From NCBI GenBank assembly GCA_045655005.1, contig JAZOOJ010000019.1, positions 102,335 to 166,334 on the forward strand: DNA of 64,000 nucleotides, read 5' to 3'. A program made the position numbers and the translations under genes. The stretch comes from Clostridia bacterium (GTDB lineage Bacteria; Bacillota; Clostridia; Christensenellales; UBA1242). Shown here in pieces: positions 28,501 to 37,989 of the stretch. The number at the start of each line of letters is the position of its first letter. Position 1 is the stretch's first letter. The notes below the pieces were generated by a model, which did not search any database, was not told the origin of the DNA, and worked only from the letters and a program-made list of their open reading frames with translations.

Positions 28501-28529
28501 TTGACAAGTATAACACAATGAGTTATAAT
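28501..28529 (+). promoter_or_regulatory. Consensus sigma-A promoter of comEC-holA
   Basis: Perfect TTGACA (28501-28506), 17-nt spacer, perfect TATAAT (28524-28529). Confidence 0.65.
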
Positions 28530-28535
28530 ATGCAA
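28507..28535 (-). promoter_or_regulatory. Sigma-A-type promoter of tRNA-Glu
   Basis: Minus strand reads TTGCAT, 17-nt spacer, TATACT, about 21 nt upstream of the tRNA 5' end. Interleaved with the comEC promoter on the other strand. Confidence 0.5.
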
Positions 28536-28565
28536 GAGATTTAATTGAAATTTTTAGGAAATTTT

Positions 28566-30125
28566 ATGAAAAAGTTGTTCAATGTAAGGTACATCTTCAT
28601 ACATTTTATTTTGGTTATCTTGGGCATTTTGGTCGCAAGGGCTATTTCATATTGTTCAACTATTGATACATTAATATTAATTATTTTATCTTTTATGGCA
28701 GTTAATCTTTTAATTTTAACTATTTTGTTTGGGTTAAAATATGGAAATGTCTTTTTGCAGATTACAAATTGCTTAGTTGTGTTTGTAATGGCAATATCTT
28801 CTACTTTAAGTTATACATCGTATTTAAATAAAAATTTTGAAAATATAACTGATGGCGAATACTCATTGGTTGCAGAGGCTGTAAAGGTTGACTATGACAG
28901 AAATATTGTCTATTTGAAAAATGTGGAAATTGAAGAAATTAACAAATCGCTTCGTGGTGAGGTTAGGCTTTACATCTATAAAGATGAAGTTATAGAAGGT
29001 ATTGGGCGTGGCGATAGGTTGAGTGCATATTGCGATTTATATTCGATTAATATAAATGATAGGTTTGTTGGTTCAAACCAAACAGCGGTTGCATTTGCTT
29101 TCGATACCGATAAAATAGTGGTAGAAAAATCTGAGAGGTTGAAAGACAAGTTTAAGCAAAATGTTTGGGGAATTTTAGATACAACAAATTCAAGCACGAA
29201 AGTTAAAGAAATAGAGTTTGCTATGCTTTTTGGAGATAAAGACCGAATGGACTCTGACACAAGTGCGGTCTATTCTGAAACTGGCTTAGCACACATTTTA
29301 GCGGTATCTGGATTACATATTGGTTTTGTTGTGGCATTAGTCTATGCATTGATTAAAAGGATATTAAAGAATAAACATTGGACGTCGCTGGTTGTAACCT
29401 CAGTTTTTATAATTGTATATTTATATCTTTGCGATTTTGCAATTTCTGCCGTAAGAGCGGTTTTGATGACTATGGTTGTTTTATATTCAAAAGCAAAGGG
29501 TAAACAATACGACCCACTTTGTGGGCTGAGTATCGCGGGGGGTTTGATTTTATTAATTCACCCATTTGACTTGTTTAATGTCGGCTTTCAGTTAAGTTTT
29601 GCAGTTGTATTTGCACTGTTTTGCTTATCTCCGCCAATTGGTGGAATGTTATCAAAAATTATGCCAGAAAAACTTGCAAATTCTTTGGCTGTTTGTGTGT
29701 CTACATTTGTAGGGTCGATACTTATTATTGCATATTATTTTAAAAATTGCTCGCTTCTTGCAATTTTATCAAATTTGATTATAATACCAGTTGTAAGCAT
29801 CTCGTTTACACTTCTTTTGGTATTCGTAATTTTAGCTAGCATTTTCTCACCGTTAAAATTTTTACTTGTTGTTCCAAATTTGCTGTTTGAATGTATCAAT
29901 TCACTAGTTTATTCAATTGCGGAACTTGGCATGTCTGCGATATTGCTTTCTACAAATTTGCTTGGCGTAGTGTTAGGATTAATTTTAATTTTTGTTCTTA
30001 GTGATTATTTTTTCTTAAACAAACGACAGAAAATGGTTTTAGCAGGAGTGATGCTTTGTGTTATTTGTATGACGGTGGTACATAGTACTTACAGAATATT
30101 AGAAAATGGAGGTTATGCAATATGA
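28566..30125 (+). CDS. comEC: ComEC/Rec2 family DNA internalisation channel protein (competence domain only, no metallo-beta-lactamase domain)
   Basis: Polytopic. Signature YSETGLAHILAVSGLHIGFV. Start at ATG 28566 (AGGAA 5 nt upstream; ORF track TTG 28545). Only ~520 aa, so the C-terminal beta-lactamase-like domain of long ComEC proteins is absent. Confidence 0.8.
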   Translation: MKKLFNVRYIFIHFILVILGILVARAISYCSTIDTLILIILSFMAVNLLILTILFGLKYGNVFLQITNCLVVFVMAISSTLSYTSYLNKNFENITDGEYSLVAEAVKVDYDRNIVYLKNVEIEEINKSLRGEVRLYIYKDEVIEGIGRGDRLSAYCDLYSININDRFVGSNQTAVAFAFDTDKIVVEKSERLKDKFKQNVWGILDTTNSSTKVKEIEFAMLFGDKDRMDSDTSAVYSETGLAHILAVSGLHIGFVVALVYALIKRILKNKHWTSLVVTSVFIIVYLYLCDFAISAVRAVLMTMVVLYSKAKGKQYDPLCGLSIAGGLILLIHPFDLFNVGFQLSFAVVFALFCLSPPIGGMLSKIMPEKLANSLAVCVSTFVGSILIIAYYFKNCSLLAILSNLIIIPVVSISFTLLLVFVILASIFSPLKFLLVVPNLLFECINSLVYSIAELGMSAILLSTNLLGVVLGLILIFVLSDYFFLNKRQKMVLAGVMLCVICMTVVHSTYRILENGGYAI

Positions 30126-31099
30126 AATTTGTTGAATTAAAGTCAAGTTTAAAAGACAGTCTGGGAGCGATTTATCACTTGGACGGAAATGATAGGTATG
30201 TTTTATTAAACGCACTGGAACTGATTGAAAAGAGATTGGGGTTAAGTTACCCTGAAATGAATAAGACAGTATTTAATAATGAAAATAAATATAGTTTAGA
30301 TGACATTATTCAATCGGCGTCAAGTATGCCATTTTTCGATGAAAAGAGATTAGTTATTGTTTGGGATACTTCAATTAAGGCAAGTGATTACGCAAAATTT
30401 GAAAAGTTCGTACAGGGTGGTGGCTCAGAATCGTGCTTGTTTGTCTTTATTTCAAGCTCGCCAAACGATTTTTGCAAGAAATTGAAAAATTTAGCGGTGG
30501 TTGTTGACTGTAACAAACTGGACGAAATCACTCTAAAGAAGTGGATTGTGGCAAAGGTGGGCAGGACTGGGCTTCAAATTGAAGAAGGAGCGGTTGCTCT
30601 TTTGATTGAGTATTCTAATTCAAGCCTTGCAAGAATAAATTCAGAACTTGATAAACTTTTAACGATGGGAGAACAAGTAATATCGTCTAAGTTGATTGAA
30701 AAATATGTAATACCGGACAGAGAATATCAAATTTATGAACTTACAGATGCAATTTCCAAGGGAGAGAGTTCAAGGGTTTTTAATATTGTAGAAACAATTT
30801 TAGCACACGAAAAATATCCAATAGGGATTATTCAATATCTTTATCAAAGTTTTAGGAAGTTACTTTACATTGTGCTTTCTAAAAAAAGTGATGATGATTT
30901 GGCTGTAATATTCAAGGTTAAACCTTATGCTATTAAAATGAGTAGAATTCAGGCTTCAAAATTTAGTGCAAAAGAATTGAAAAAGATTAATGAACAACTA
31001 TCAAATTTGGAGTTTGACATAAAAGCGGGTAGGGCGAATTTACAAAATTCTGTAACTTACGCTATCTGTAAAATTTTACTAATAAGACAAGTGAAGTAA
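30122..31099 (+). CDS. holA: DNA polymerase III subunit delta
   Basis: ATGA start/stop overlap with comEC. Size and pattern (LIEYSNSSLARINSELDKL, YELTDAI) match HolA, as does the conserved position next to comEC and rpsT. Confidence 0.75.
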   Translation: MKFVELKSSLKDSLGAIYHLDGNDRYVLLNALELIEKRLGLSYPEMNKTVFNNENKYSLDDIIQSASSMPFFDEKRLVIVWDTSIKASDYAKFEKFVQGGGSESCLFVFISSSPNDFCKKLKNLAVVVDCNKLDEITLKKWIVAKVGRTGLQIEEGAVALLIEYSNSSLARINSELDKLLTMGEQVISSKLIEKYVIPDREYQIYELTDAISKGESSRVFNIVETILAHEKYPIGIIQYLYQSFRKLLYIVLSKKSDDDLAVIFKVKPYAIKMSRIQASKFSAKELKKINEQLSNLEFDIKAGRANLQNSVTYAICKILLIRQVK

Positions 31100-31110
31100 A
31101 AATTTTATGC

Positions 31111-31150
31111 AAAAAAACAGCGGGTCAAGATTTGACTCGCTTTATTTTTT
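31111..31150. terminator. Bidirectional terminator between holA and rpsT
   Basis: Stem agcgggtcaa / ttgactcgct (one G-T pair) flanked by A7 and a T-run. Confidence 0.65.
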
Positions 31151-31174
31151 ATATATTAAATTACTTCGATTGAA

Positions 31175-31447
31175 TTAGTTTGCTTTCTTTAATTTGTCTA
31201 ATTCGCTTGCAAGAATACCTTTTCTACGGTTAGCTTGGTTCTTGTGAATAGCACCCTTAGAAACAGTCTTGTCAATAACTTCAAAAGTCTTTGGAAGTAA
31301 TTCTTCTGCCTTTGCAACATCCTTAGCTTCAATTGCTTGGTTGTACTTTTTGATTTGGGTCTTCATACGAGTTTTGTTGCTTTTGTTTCTGGCAGTGTTT
31401 CTTTCAATTACATCAATTCTCTTTTCTGCTGATTTAATGTTTGCCAT
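31175..31447 (-). CDS. rpsT: 30S ribosomal protein S20
   Basis: MANIKSAEKRIDVIERNTARNKS is the canonical S20 N-terminus. Start at ATG 31447 (AGGAG 9 nt upstream). Confidence 0.9.
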   Translation of the reverse strand: MANIKSAEKRIDVIERNTARNKSNKTRMKTQIKKYNQAIEAKDVAKAEELLPKTFEVIDKTVSKGAIHKNQANRRKGILASELDKLKKAN

Positions 31448-31562
31448 CTTCATTCGCTCCTTTCTTTAATACATAGGAATTTTAACACATAAGTTTATTT
31501 ATTGCAAGTGTTTTTAAAAATTTTTTGTTTTATTTTATATAATGTTTGTAATAATTATATAT

Positions 31563-32393
31563 ATGAAAAATATTATATATAATTCAGATATGATTTTAGA
31601 CTTGATGGAGAGCGAAAATTCAAAACTTCTAAAACCACACAAAGATAATGTAAAAACTATTAATTCAAAGAACTCAACAAAAACCTGTGTTAACTTAAAA
31701 GAAGGAAATGAGTATGGAAAGCCCGAGGGGGAATATATAACCTACGAACTTAAGAATGATTTTATTGGGTCGGGTGAGGTGGTACACGGAATGATTGGTG
31801 ATTTTGAAAGGCTTTTTAAGGACAAGAAAAATATTCTTTTTGTGGGAGTTGGGAATGACAATTTGATAAGTGACTCTCTTGGCCCAAAGGTTATTGCAAA
31901 ACTTGACCCCCCGTCTAACTATAAAATTAAAGTGTCTAAGATAAGTCCTAATGTTCAAGGTAATACAGGAATTGAAAGCAACGACCTTGTAAGGCTTGCA
32001 ATTGACCTTGTAAAACCAGATTTGGTGGTTTGTATTGATAGTCTTGCAAGTAGAAATTTTAATAGAATAGGGAAGTCTTTTCAAATTTCAACCGGTGGAA
32101 TAGTGCCAGGTTCAGGGAGCGGTAAAAAAAGTCTTTTTGAGTTTTCAAAAGATACTTTGGGGGTTCCTGTTGTTGCAATCGGGGTCCCTATTGTAGTACA
32201 TTTTAAGTCGTACTTATGCGAACTGGTGTCACTTATGAAATTGCAAGAAAACTGTTTAGATAATGCCTATCAGTTTATTGGTGAAGATAAAAATCTTTCA
32301 GGGGTAATCCTTGCTCCAAAGGAAGTAGATGTAGTTGTAGATTTTTCGGCAAGTATTATTGCAAGTGCGATTAATAATGTTTTGGTTAGGTAA
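31563..32393 (+). CDS. gpr: Germination protease (GPR endopeptidase)
   Basis: Collinear with B. subtilis Gpr as I remember it: GKPEGEYITYE, VGVGNDNLISDSLGP, PNVQGNTGIESNDL..VKPDLVVCIDSLASR, QISTGGIVPGSGSGKK, LGVPVVAIGVPIVV, APKEVD. Start uncertain (31542 or 31563). Confidence 0.8.
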   Translation: MKNIIYNSDMILDLMESENSKLLKPHKDNVKTINSKNSTKTCVNLKEGNEYGKPEGEYITYELKNDFIGSGEVVHGMIGDFERLFKDKKNILFVGVGNDNLISDSLGPKVIAKLDPPSNYKIKVSKISPNVQGNTGIESNDLVRLAIDLVKPDLVVCIDSLASRNFNRIGKSFQISTGGIVPGSGSGKKSLFEFSKDTLGVPVVAIGVPIVVHFKSYLCELVSLMKLQENCLDNAYQFIGEDKNLSGVILAPKEVDVVVDFSASIIASAINNVLVR

Positions 32394-32395
32394 AG

Positions 32396-32430
32396 TAAAA
32401 GCGTTCTGGATTGATTCCAAAACGCTTACT
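32396..32430. terminator. Hairpin between convergent gpr and surface-protein genes
   Basis: Stem agcgtt-c-tgga / tcca-a-aacgct with one bulge pair. T-run only on the minus-strand side. Confidence 0.4.
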
Positions 32431-32434
32431 TGTA

Positions 32435-35335
32435 TTATTTAACTTTAAGACCTCTTTTAGATCTGAATATAAAGTAAATTAAGAATGCAAATCCAAATCC
32501 TGCAAGTATTATAAGTAAGATAAGTGCAAGGTTTGCTTTATAGAATTTTTCAATTTGAACATCGTATTGGTTGCCAAATTTGTCAATTAATCTAAATGTG
32601 TAAACACCTGTTTCGCTGAAAGAGGTTGAACCACCTAAGATATTTGCAAAACCACCCATGTCGCTTGGGGCGAACGAACTTTCAAACTTTCCATTTCTAT
32701 AAACTTCAACGGTTTGTATGTCAACGCCATTAACACCAGTAACTGAAACTTTTTCTGTGATGCTTGTTCCAGGAGAACCGGTTTCAAATGTAATTGAGAA
32801 GAATGGGTCAACGATTGAAAAGTTAATATAGTTTGTGATAGTTTGAGATGCCGACAATGTTCTTGTTGCACTATTTCCATTTTTTACATTGAAGTAGATT
32901 TTCTCACCATTTGTAACCTTAATTCGGTATGAACCAGCATCGGTCAGGTGATAACTTAATGCGCTTTCAAGTGGAACATAGCCATTTGTGTCTGTGTTTA
33001 ACGAATAAACAACTAATTCTTCATAATCTTCATGATAGTTAACTGAATACCCTTGATAACTTGAATCGGCGATAATGAAGGATGTTGACTTAATTACATT
33101 TTTATTTGCGTCAAGTACACAAACTTTCCAAGTTCCAATATTTGATGTTGTAAGTCCTGTTGCTGATTCAACTCCTGTGTGTACAAGATTGTTGTTTTGG
33201 TACACTTCAAACGTTTCATTAAATTCTTCACGGATTGTTACATTTATGCTAACTTGGTTTTGGGTATACATATTATTGGTAACAACAAGAGGGCTTCCGT
33301 CACTTGCAGTGCTTGTAACTGTTATGCTTGGGCCGTCAATTACAAATTCAAATCTTGAATAATAATTATAAAGAGAGATTTGTGTTGGCCAATATTCTAT
33401 AAAGTTTTTACAGAATTCATAGGTAGGGAAGGTGTAGAATTCTAATACATAGCTACCGTATTCGGTAAAAAGTACTTGGTCATTTGATGTCAAGGTGTAG
33501 AAATCTTCATAAACCTTTTCGTTATAAGTTACTTGCATATAAACTGGTATACAAGCGTCATTATAATTTTCAGACGCTTTAATCTCAGGACAATACGTCA
33601 AATCTTTGATTGTTGAGTTGTTTTGAAGTTTGTCAGTAAACTCGCTTGGGAACAACTGATAGATAAATGAGTCGACATTTTTTCCATAATATTTAACATT
33701 AAAATTAAATGTATAGAAATTCTTGAATGCTTCGTCATTAGTAATTGAGTCTTGAGTTGTGTGAATTCTTACATCGTAATTTACAATACCGCTTGCAGAC
33801 TGCTCAATTAATTGAATGCTTGTGTTAGAACCCATTGTGCTTTTGGTTCCGTTTATTGTGTAGTAGTATTTCATATTTTGGTCTGAGACTTGAAGGGCTG
33901 TTGCAGAACTTTGTGTATGAATGGTTACTTCATCAAACAAATAGCCATTATAACAAGTGTTGATATAGTTCAATTTTTCATTTGTTTTGTCGTCAGTTAA
34001 GAAAATTGCACAGTCATATTTATTTTGAATTGAACGAGGCACTTTTGTAATAATTTTAAAGTTAAGAGCAGAGTTGTCGATGGTGGTTAATTCTGAAAAA
34101 CTTAATGCCGTTGTCATTTTAAATGTTGAGTGGTCAACAGCATTAAAATCAACTGACCACATTGGACCTTCTGGAGTTTCAACCATTTTACGGCTTTGGG
34201 TAGAAACCTTATTTGGATTATTGGTTTGGTCCATTACTGTTTCGGTTGAATATAGATTCAAAAGGCTAACACAGTCAATTTTTGCTTGATTCAATTCTTC
34301 TTGTGAAAGTTCATTATATCTTATATTGTCTGTATTAAATAAGTCGTCGCTAATAGTTACATTTAATGTTACTTTGCTGTTGAATACATAATAATCGTCA
34401 ACGTATACGTCTTGACCACTACCATCTTTAACTTCGTCTTTAATTCGTTTACCAAAAGCATAGTCGTTGAAGTTGTTGGTGGTTGGATTTCCGTCTTTGT
34501 CATACAAAGTAAATGAATGCTTGTATTGTGGATTGATTACAATAATTTCAATTGTTCTTGAAATAAATCCTTTTTTTGAAGAGAAAGTTAAAAGTAATTT
34601 GCCATAGCAATTTACTGGAATATTTACTACAAAGTAATTGCTTTGAGCGGTTTCAAAACTGTCACGATTATTTATTTTTAAGTTGTAAAGTTCGGTGTTG
34701 AAGCAAATAAATTGTTTAATTGATTCTCTGCCATTTCCAACCATATAATATTTGCCGTTTATATATTGGACATTCTCAAGTCTTCTGGTTGTCATTTTGC
34801 CTTGCAAAATTTCTTCGTTGATTTCTGGAGAGAAGAAGCATTGAGCGGTGTGTTCAGTTTCACCTTTTTTGTAACTTACAATATACGTCGCTTGACGAGT
34901 AAATTTGTAAGTAACTCCAATATCATCGGTAATTACTTTCCCGTCAGAGCCATCAACATAACTTTCGTCAGTTGATAGGTTGTATGTAAGTGAGCCAATT
35001 GCACGTTTGATTTTAAAGTCTGTTGCACCAGCTTTAAAAGATATAGTAAGGTATGAAATAAGCCCCTCGTGTTGTTTATTTGTGCTTGGGTCAAGTTTTG
35101 TGTCAAAAACCTTAGTAAAGGTTACTGCTGGAACATCTTCGGTTGAAATGACTTCTAACTTTGTTTTATCAACAGAGTTAGAACTTTGGGGAGTGGTTGC
35201 AGCAATGGCTGATTGAGTAGAATTATCTATGTTTGAAGATTTTTCAAACATATTAGAAGATAGTGCTGTCCCAATGCTAAGTGCTGAAACAGACATAATT
35301 AAAATGATAATAAATGAGATTAATTTATTTTTCAT
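32435..35335 (-). CDS. Large surface protein (966 aa): signal peptide and C-terminal TM anchor, adjacent to the T4SS-like locus
   Basis: N-terminal signal-like helix, long Asn/Thr/Ser/Tyr-rich beta-type sequence, C-terminal helix LALILLIILAGFGFAFLIYFIF plus basic tail RSKRGLKVK. No LPXTG. Confidence 0.7.
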   Translation of the reverse strand: MKNKLISFIIILIMSVSALSIGTALSSNMFEKSSNIDNSTQSAIAATTPQSSNSVDKTKLEVISTEDVPAVTFTKVFDTKLDPSTNKQHEGLISYLTISFKAGATDFKIKRAIGSLTYNLSTDESYVDGSDGKVITDDIGVTYKFTRQATYIVSYKKGETEHTAQCFFSPEINEEILQGKMTTRRLENVQYINGKYYMVGNGRESIKQFICFNTELYNLKINNRDSFETAQSNYFVVNIPVNCYGKLLLTFSSKKGFISRTIEIIVINPQYKHSFTLYDKDGNPTTNNFNDYAFGKRIKDEVKDGSGQDVYVDDYYVFNSKVTLNVTISDDLFNTDNIRYNELSQEELNQAKIDCVSLLNLYSTETVMDQTNNPNKVSTQSRKMVETPEGPMWSVDFNAVDHSTFKMTTALSFSELTTIDNSALNFKIITKVPRSIQNKYDCAIFLTDDKTNEKLNYINTCYNGYLFDEVTIHTQSSATALQVSDQNMKYYYTINGTKSTMGSNTSIQLIEQSASGIVNYDVRIHTTQDSITNDEAFKNFYTFNFNVKYYGKNVDSFIYQLFPSEFTDKLQNNSTIKDLTYCPEIKASENYNDACIPVYMQVTYNEKVYEDFYTLTSNDQVLFTEYGSYVLEFYTFPTYEFCKNFIEYWPTQISLYNYYSRFEFVIDGPSITVTSTASDGSPLVVTNNMYTQNQVSINVTIREEFNETFEVYQNNNLVHTGVESATGLTTSNIGTWKVCVLDANKNVIKSTSFIIADSSYQGYSVNYHEDYEELVVYSLNTDTNGYVPLESALSYHLTDAGSYRIKVTNGEKIYFNVKNGNSATRTLSASQTITNYINFSIVDPFFSITFETGSPGTSITEKVSVTGVNGVDIQTVEVYRNGKFESSFAPSDMGGFANILGGSTSFSETGVYTFRLIDKFGNQYDVQIEKFYKANLALILLIILAGFGFAFLIYFIFRSKRGLKVK

Positions 35336-35401
35336 TAGAACAAAACTCCATTATCTCGGGGTAAAGACAAAATCCCAAGACTTATATTTATTATGTGTAT
35401 A

Positions 35402-35430
35402 ATTATATTAATTATTTTCATTATTTGCAA
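35402..35430 (-). promoter_or_regulatory. Sigma-A-type promoter of the 966-aa surface protein gene
   Basis: Minus strand reads TTGCAA, 17-nt spacer, TATAAT, about 65 nt upstream of ATG 35335. Confidence 0.5.
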
Positions 35431-35724
35431 ACAATTATGGGCGAATTTGAAAAAAAAATTTTTTGCGACCATCTACCGAGCGGTCGCAATAACTTGTCCG
35501 CATAAATATTCATCTTTTAGGTAAAAACGCATAAAACAGAACCGCCGTGTAAAAATACTACGCCGAACCTGTTTTATGTGTTTTTTCTCTAAAATCTAAA
35601 CATTTCTGCTACAAAAAGTATAGCTGTTGATGAAAATAGAAATTTAATTTTCGGGGGATGATAATGAAAAGTGAATGGCAAATAGTGCATTTTGTTATTA
35701 ATTAATAATAAAACATAAAGTAAA

Positions 35725-35756
35725 AGCAGAGATAAATAAGTTATCTCTGCTTTTTG
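35725..35756 (-). terminator. Terminator after the coupling-protein gene
   Basis: Perfect 10-bp stem agcagagata / tatctctgct with T-runs on both strands, 11 nt after the stop at 35767. Confidence 0.6.
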
Positions 35757-35766
35757 TATGCTATAA

Positions 35767-37764
35767 TTAGCCGTTTAGGACTTTGCGATTACGCTCTTTA
35801 ATGTCGTAATAAACTTCTTGCTCGTTAAGTCTTCGTCCTGGGATATACGGCATATCCATTTGACCAATTTTGTAGATATCTGGGCATTTCCAATATTGCG
35901 TCATCGTTGAATTTATTGGATAGTTACCAAAAATTTTAACAATGATGTTACCTTCTTTTAGTTTGTCAAGGTCAGAAGGGAATAGAAGTGGACGGCTTTG
36001 AAGTGATGTTGATGTGCTTGCACCTCCGCCTCCATCTTTTTTATCGCCTTCAGATTTTGATTTACTTGATACTTTAACGTGGTAGTTACCAAGTTCTTTA
36101 CTGAATGTTTCACGGGTTTCTTGCGATGGGGTACCAAGGAAAAGTTTTGAGTTACAGTTATCCATAACGATTGATGCAGTTGCTTTACCGTAAACGTTTT
36201 CAAGCTGAGCATAACTTTGAATAATCATATTTAAGAAAATTTTTCTTGAACGTGCGACTGTAATAATTTTGTCAAGGTTTGCAACTGGTGGCATATTCGC
36301 AAACTCATCCATGATATAGAATACTGGGCGTTTAAGGGATGCGTTTCTTGCTTTTGATTTATCTTTGCTTATTACTTCATTATCTCTTGCTTTTTTAACG
36401 AATGCTTTATAACTTTGAGTAATACATACGGTGGCTAAGCCATAACGAGTTTGTCTTTCATCAGGAATTTTAATGAAGAATGCTGTTGGTCCATCGTCAA
36501 AAGTAGCAAAGTCAATTTCATTTCCTGCCGTTAAATAGCAGATGCCATTGTCGGCAAATAATGAAAGTTTTTGGGCTAGGGTAGACATATATGAGTCACG
36601 AGTTTGCTTAGCATTTGAATAAACGATGTGAGAACATAATTGAACGGTTTTTGAAAGAGGGCTTCTTCCAGCGAAATAATCTTTTGCGTCTTCGAAATCG
36701 TTTTCTTTGTTCATCGCTATCTTATACATATTATAGAAATTGAACCTTTCTTTTGTCATTCCAAGTTGTGGGTTTTCGCTGTCTTCAAGCATTGCAATCA
36801 ATACAGCAAGCATATAATCTCTGGCACCTTGCTCCCAGCTTGCATTCTTTGGGTCGGTTGTTGGGCAAAGGGCAGAAGAAATGTCATTTAATTCTTCAAT
36901 ACATTCGTCACGAATTTTGGTTTTTTCAACTTCAACTTCTAAGAATGCGTCACGAAGTGAAGCAAAAGCCTTTCCGTCAAATTCGTACCATTCTTCGTTT
37001 TTAATATCGCCAACTTTAATTAAATCATATTGCTTAATATCATCATTAGTATGCTTTAATATTTCTTCTTCCATATGTAATGCACGTTGATAGTTTTCAA
37101 AAACTGGTTCAAGCGGATTCCAGCGGAGTGAGTTGTAAGGGTTCATTAAGTCTAATACCAAAACACGATAGCCATTTTTCTTTAACTTTTCACTGTGGTG
37201 AGCGAAAAGTTCACCTTTTGGGTCGGTTATGAATAGAGATGGGTGGTTTTTAAGTTCGGAAATGATTTGAATGTTTGGTTCAACAAAACAAGTACCTTTA
37301 CCAACACCAGTGGTACCAACAATAAGTGCGTGGTAGTTTGGTGTGAAGTGAATTCGCATATCGCCTTTTTTATAAATAGACCTAAATGCAATTCCTTCGT
37401 GCGAAACGTTTTTAAGCTCTGACCAAAGATAATTTTTGTAGGCTTTGTCAAGGTCTTTGCCTTCAAGCCAATGAACATTTTCAAGGTCTTTTTCGCCTTT
37501 AAATCCATCGTCGCTCTTTTTCTTATCAGAAGTGAAGAATATAAGTAGAAAAATAAATGCAACGCCAACAACCAAAATGAAAAGGTTGTTTACCTCTTCG
37601 TCCCCAATATATTCAAGGATTGACGAAACTTCACCACCGCCAATACTTCTGTCAAATAAAAACATTTGAAGCAAGATTGCAATAATGTAGCAAGTTGGAA
37701 TGCCAATTGCTAAAACAATCAAAAGCTTGATAAAGGTGCTACTTAAATCTTTTTTTTCTGCCAT
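35767..37764 (-). CDS. Type IV secretion coupling protein (TraG/TraD/VirD4 family ATPase)
   Basis: Two N-terminal TM helices. Walker A VGTTGVGKGT followed by FITDPKGELF. Walker B FYIMDEFANM. 665 aa with a single ATPase domain. Confidence 0.85.
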   Translation of the reverse strand: MAEKKDLSSTFIKLLIVLAIGIPTCYIIAILLQMFLFDRSIGGGEVSSILEYIGDEEVNNLFILVVGVAFIFLLIFFTSDKKKSDDGFKGEKDLENVHWLEGKDLDKAYKNYLWSELKNVSHEGIAFRSIYKKGDMRIHFTPNYHALIVGTTGVGKGTCFVEPNIQIISELKNHPSLFITDPKGELFAHHSEKLKKNGYRVLVLDLMNPYNSLRWNPLEPVFENYQRALHMEEEILKHTNDDIKQYDLIKVGDIKNEEWYEFDGKAFASLRDAFLEVEVEKTKIRDECIEELNDISSALCPTTDPKNASWEQGARDYMLAVLIAMLEDSENPQLGMTKERFNFYNMYKIAMNKENDFEDAKDYFAGRSPLSKTVQLCSHIVYSNAKQTRDSYMSTLAQKLSLFADNGICYLTAGNEIDFATFDDGPTAFFIKIPDERQTRYGLATVCITQSYKAFVKKARDNEVISKDKSKARNASLKRPVFYIMDEFANMPPVANLDKIITVARSRKIFLNMIIQSYAQLENVYGKATASIVMDNCNSKLFLGTPSQETRETFSKELGNYHVKVSSKSKSEGDKKDGGGGASTSTSLQSRPLLFPSDLDKLKEGNIIVKIFGNYPINSTMTQYWKCPDIYKIGQMDMPYIPGRRLNEQEVYYDIKERNRKVLNG

Positions 37765-37989
37765 ATTCTTTTAATTCCTTTGTTGTTGTTATGAATTAAT
37801 AATCAAAAAGAGTGATCAAATGTAAAAAGTTATATTATTAGTTTCATTATATCAGATATAATTTATACCGCAAATGATATTTTGACTTTTTTTTTAAAGT
37901 TATGCAACAAATTTTAAAAAATAGTCAAATTTATTAGACATCGAATAAAAAGTTTGCTAAACTTAAAACTATACTAAAAGGGAAGAAAT

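Noticed and set aside
37882-37895. T9 tract abutting a TTGACT hexamer in the divergent region between the VirD4-like and VirB2-like genes, as a phase-variable promoter
   Set aside because: No acceptable -10 hexamer lies 16-18 nt downstream, so I cannot support a promoter whose spacer length the tract would tune.
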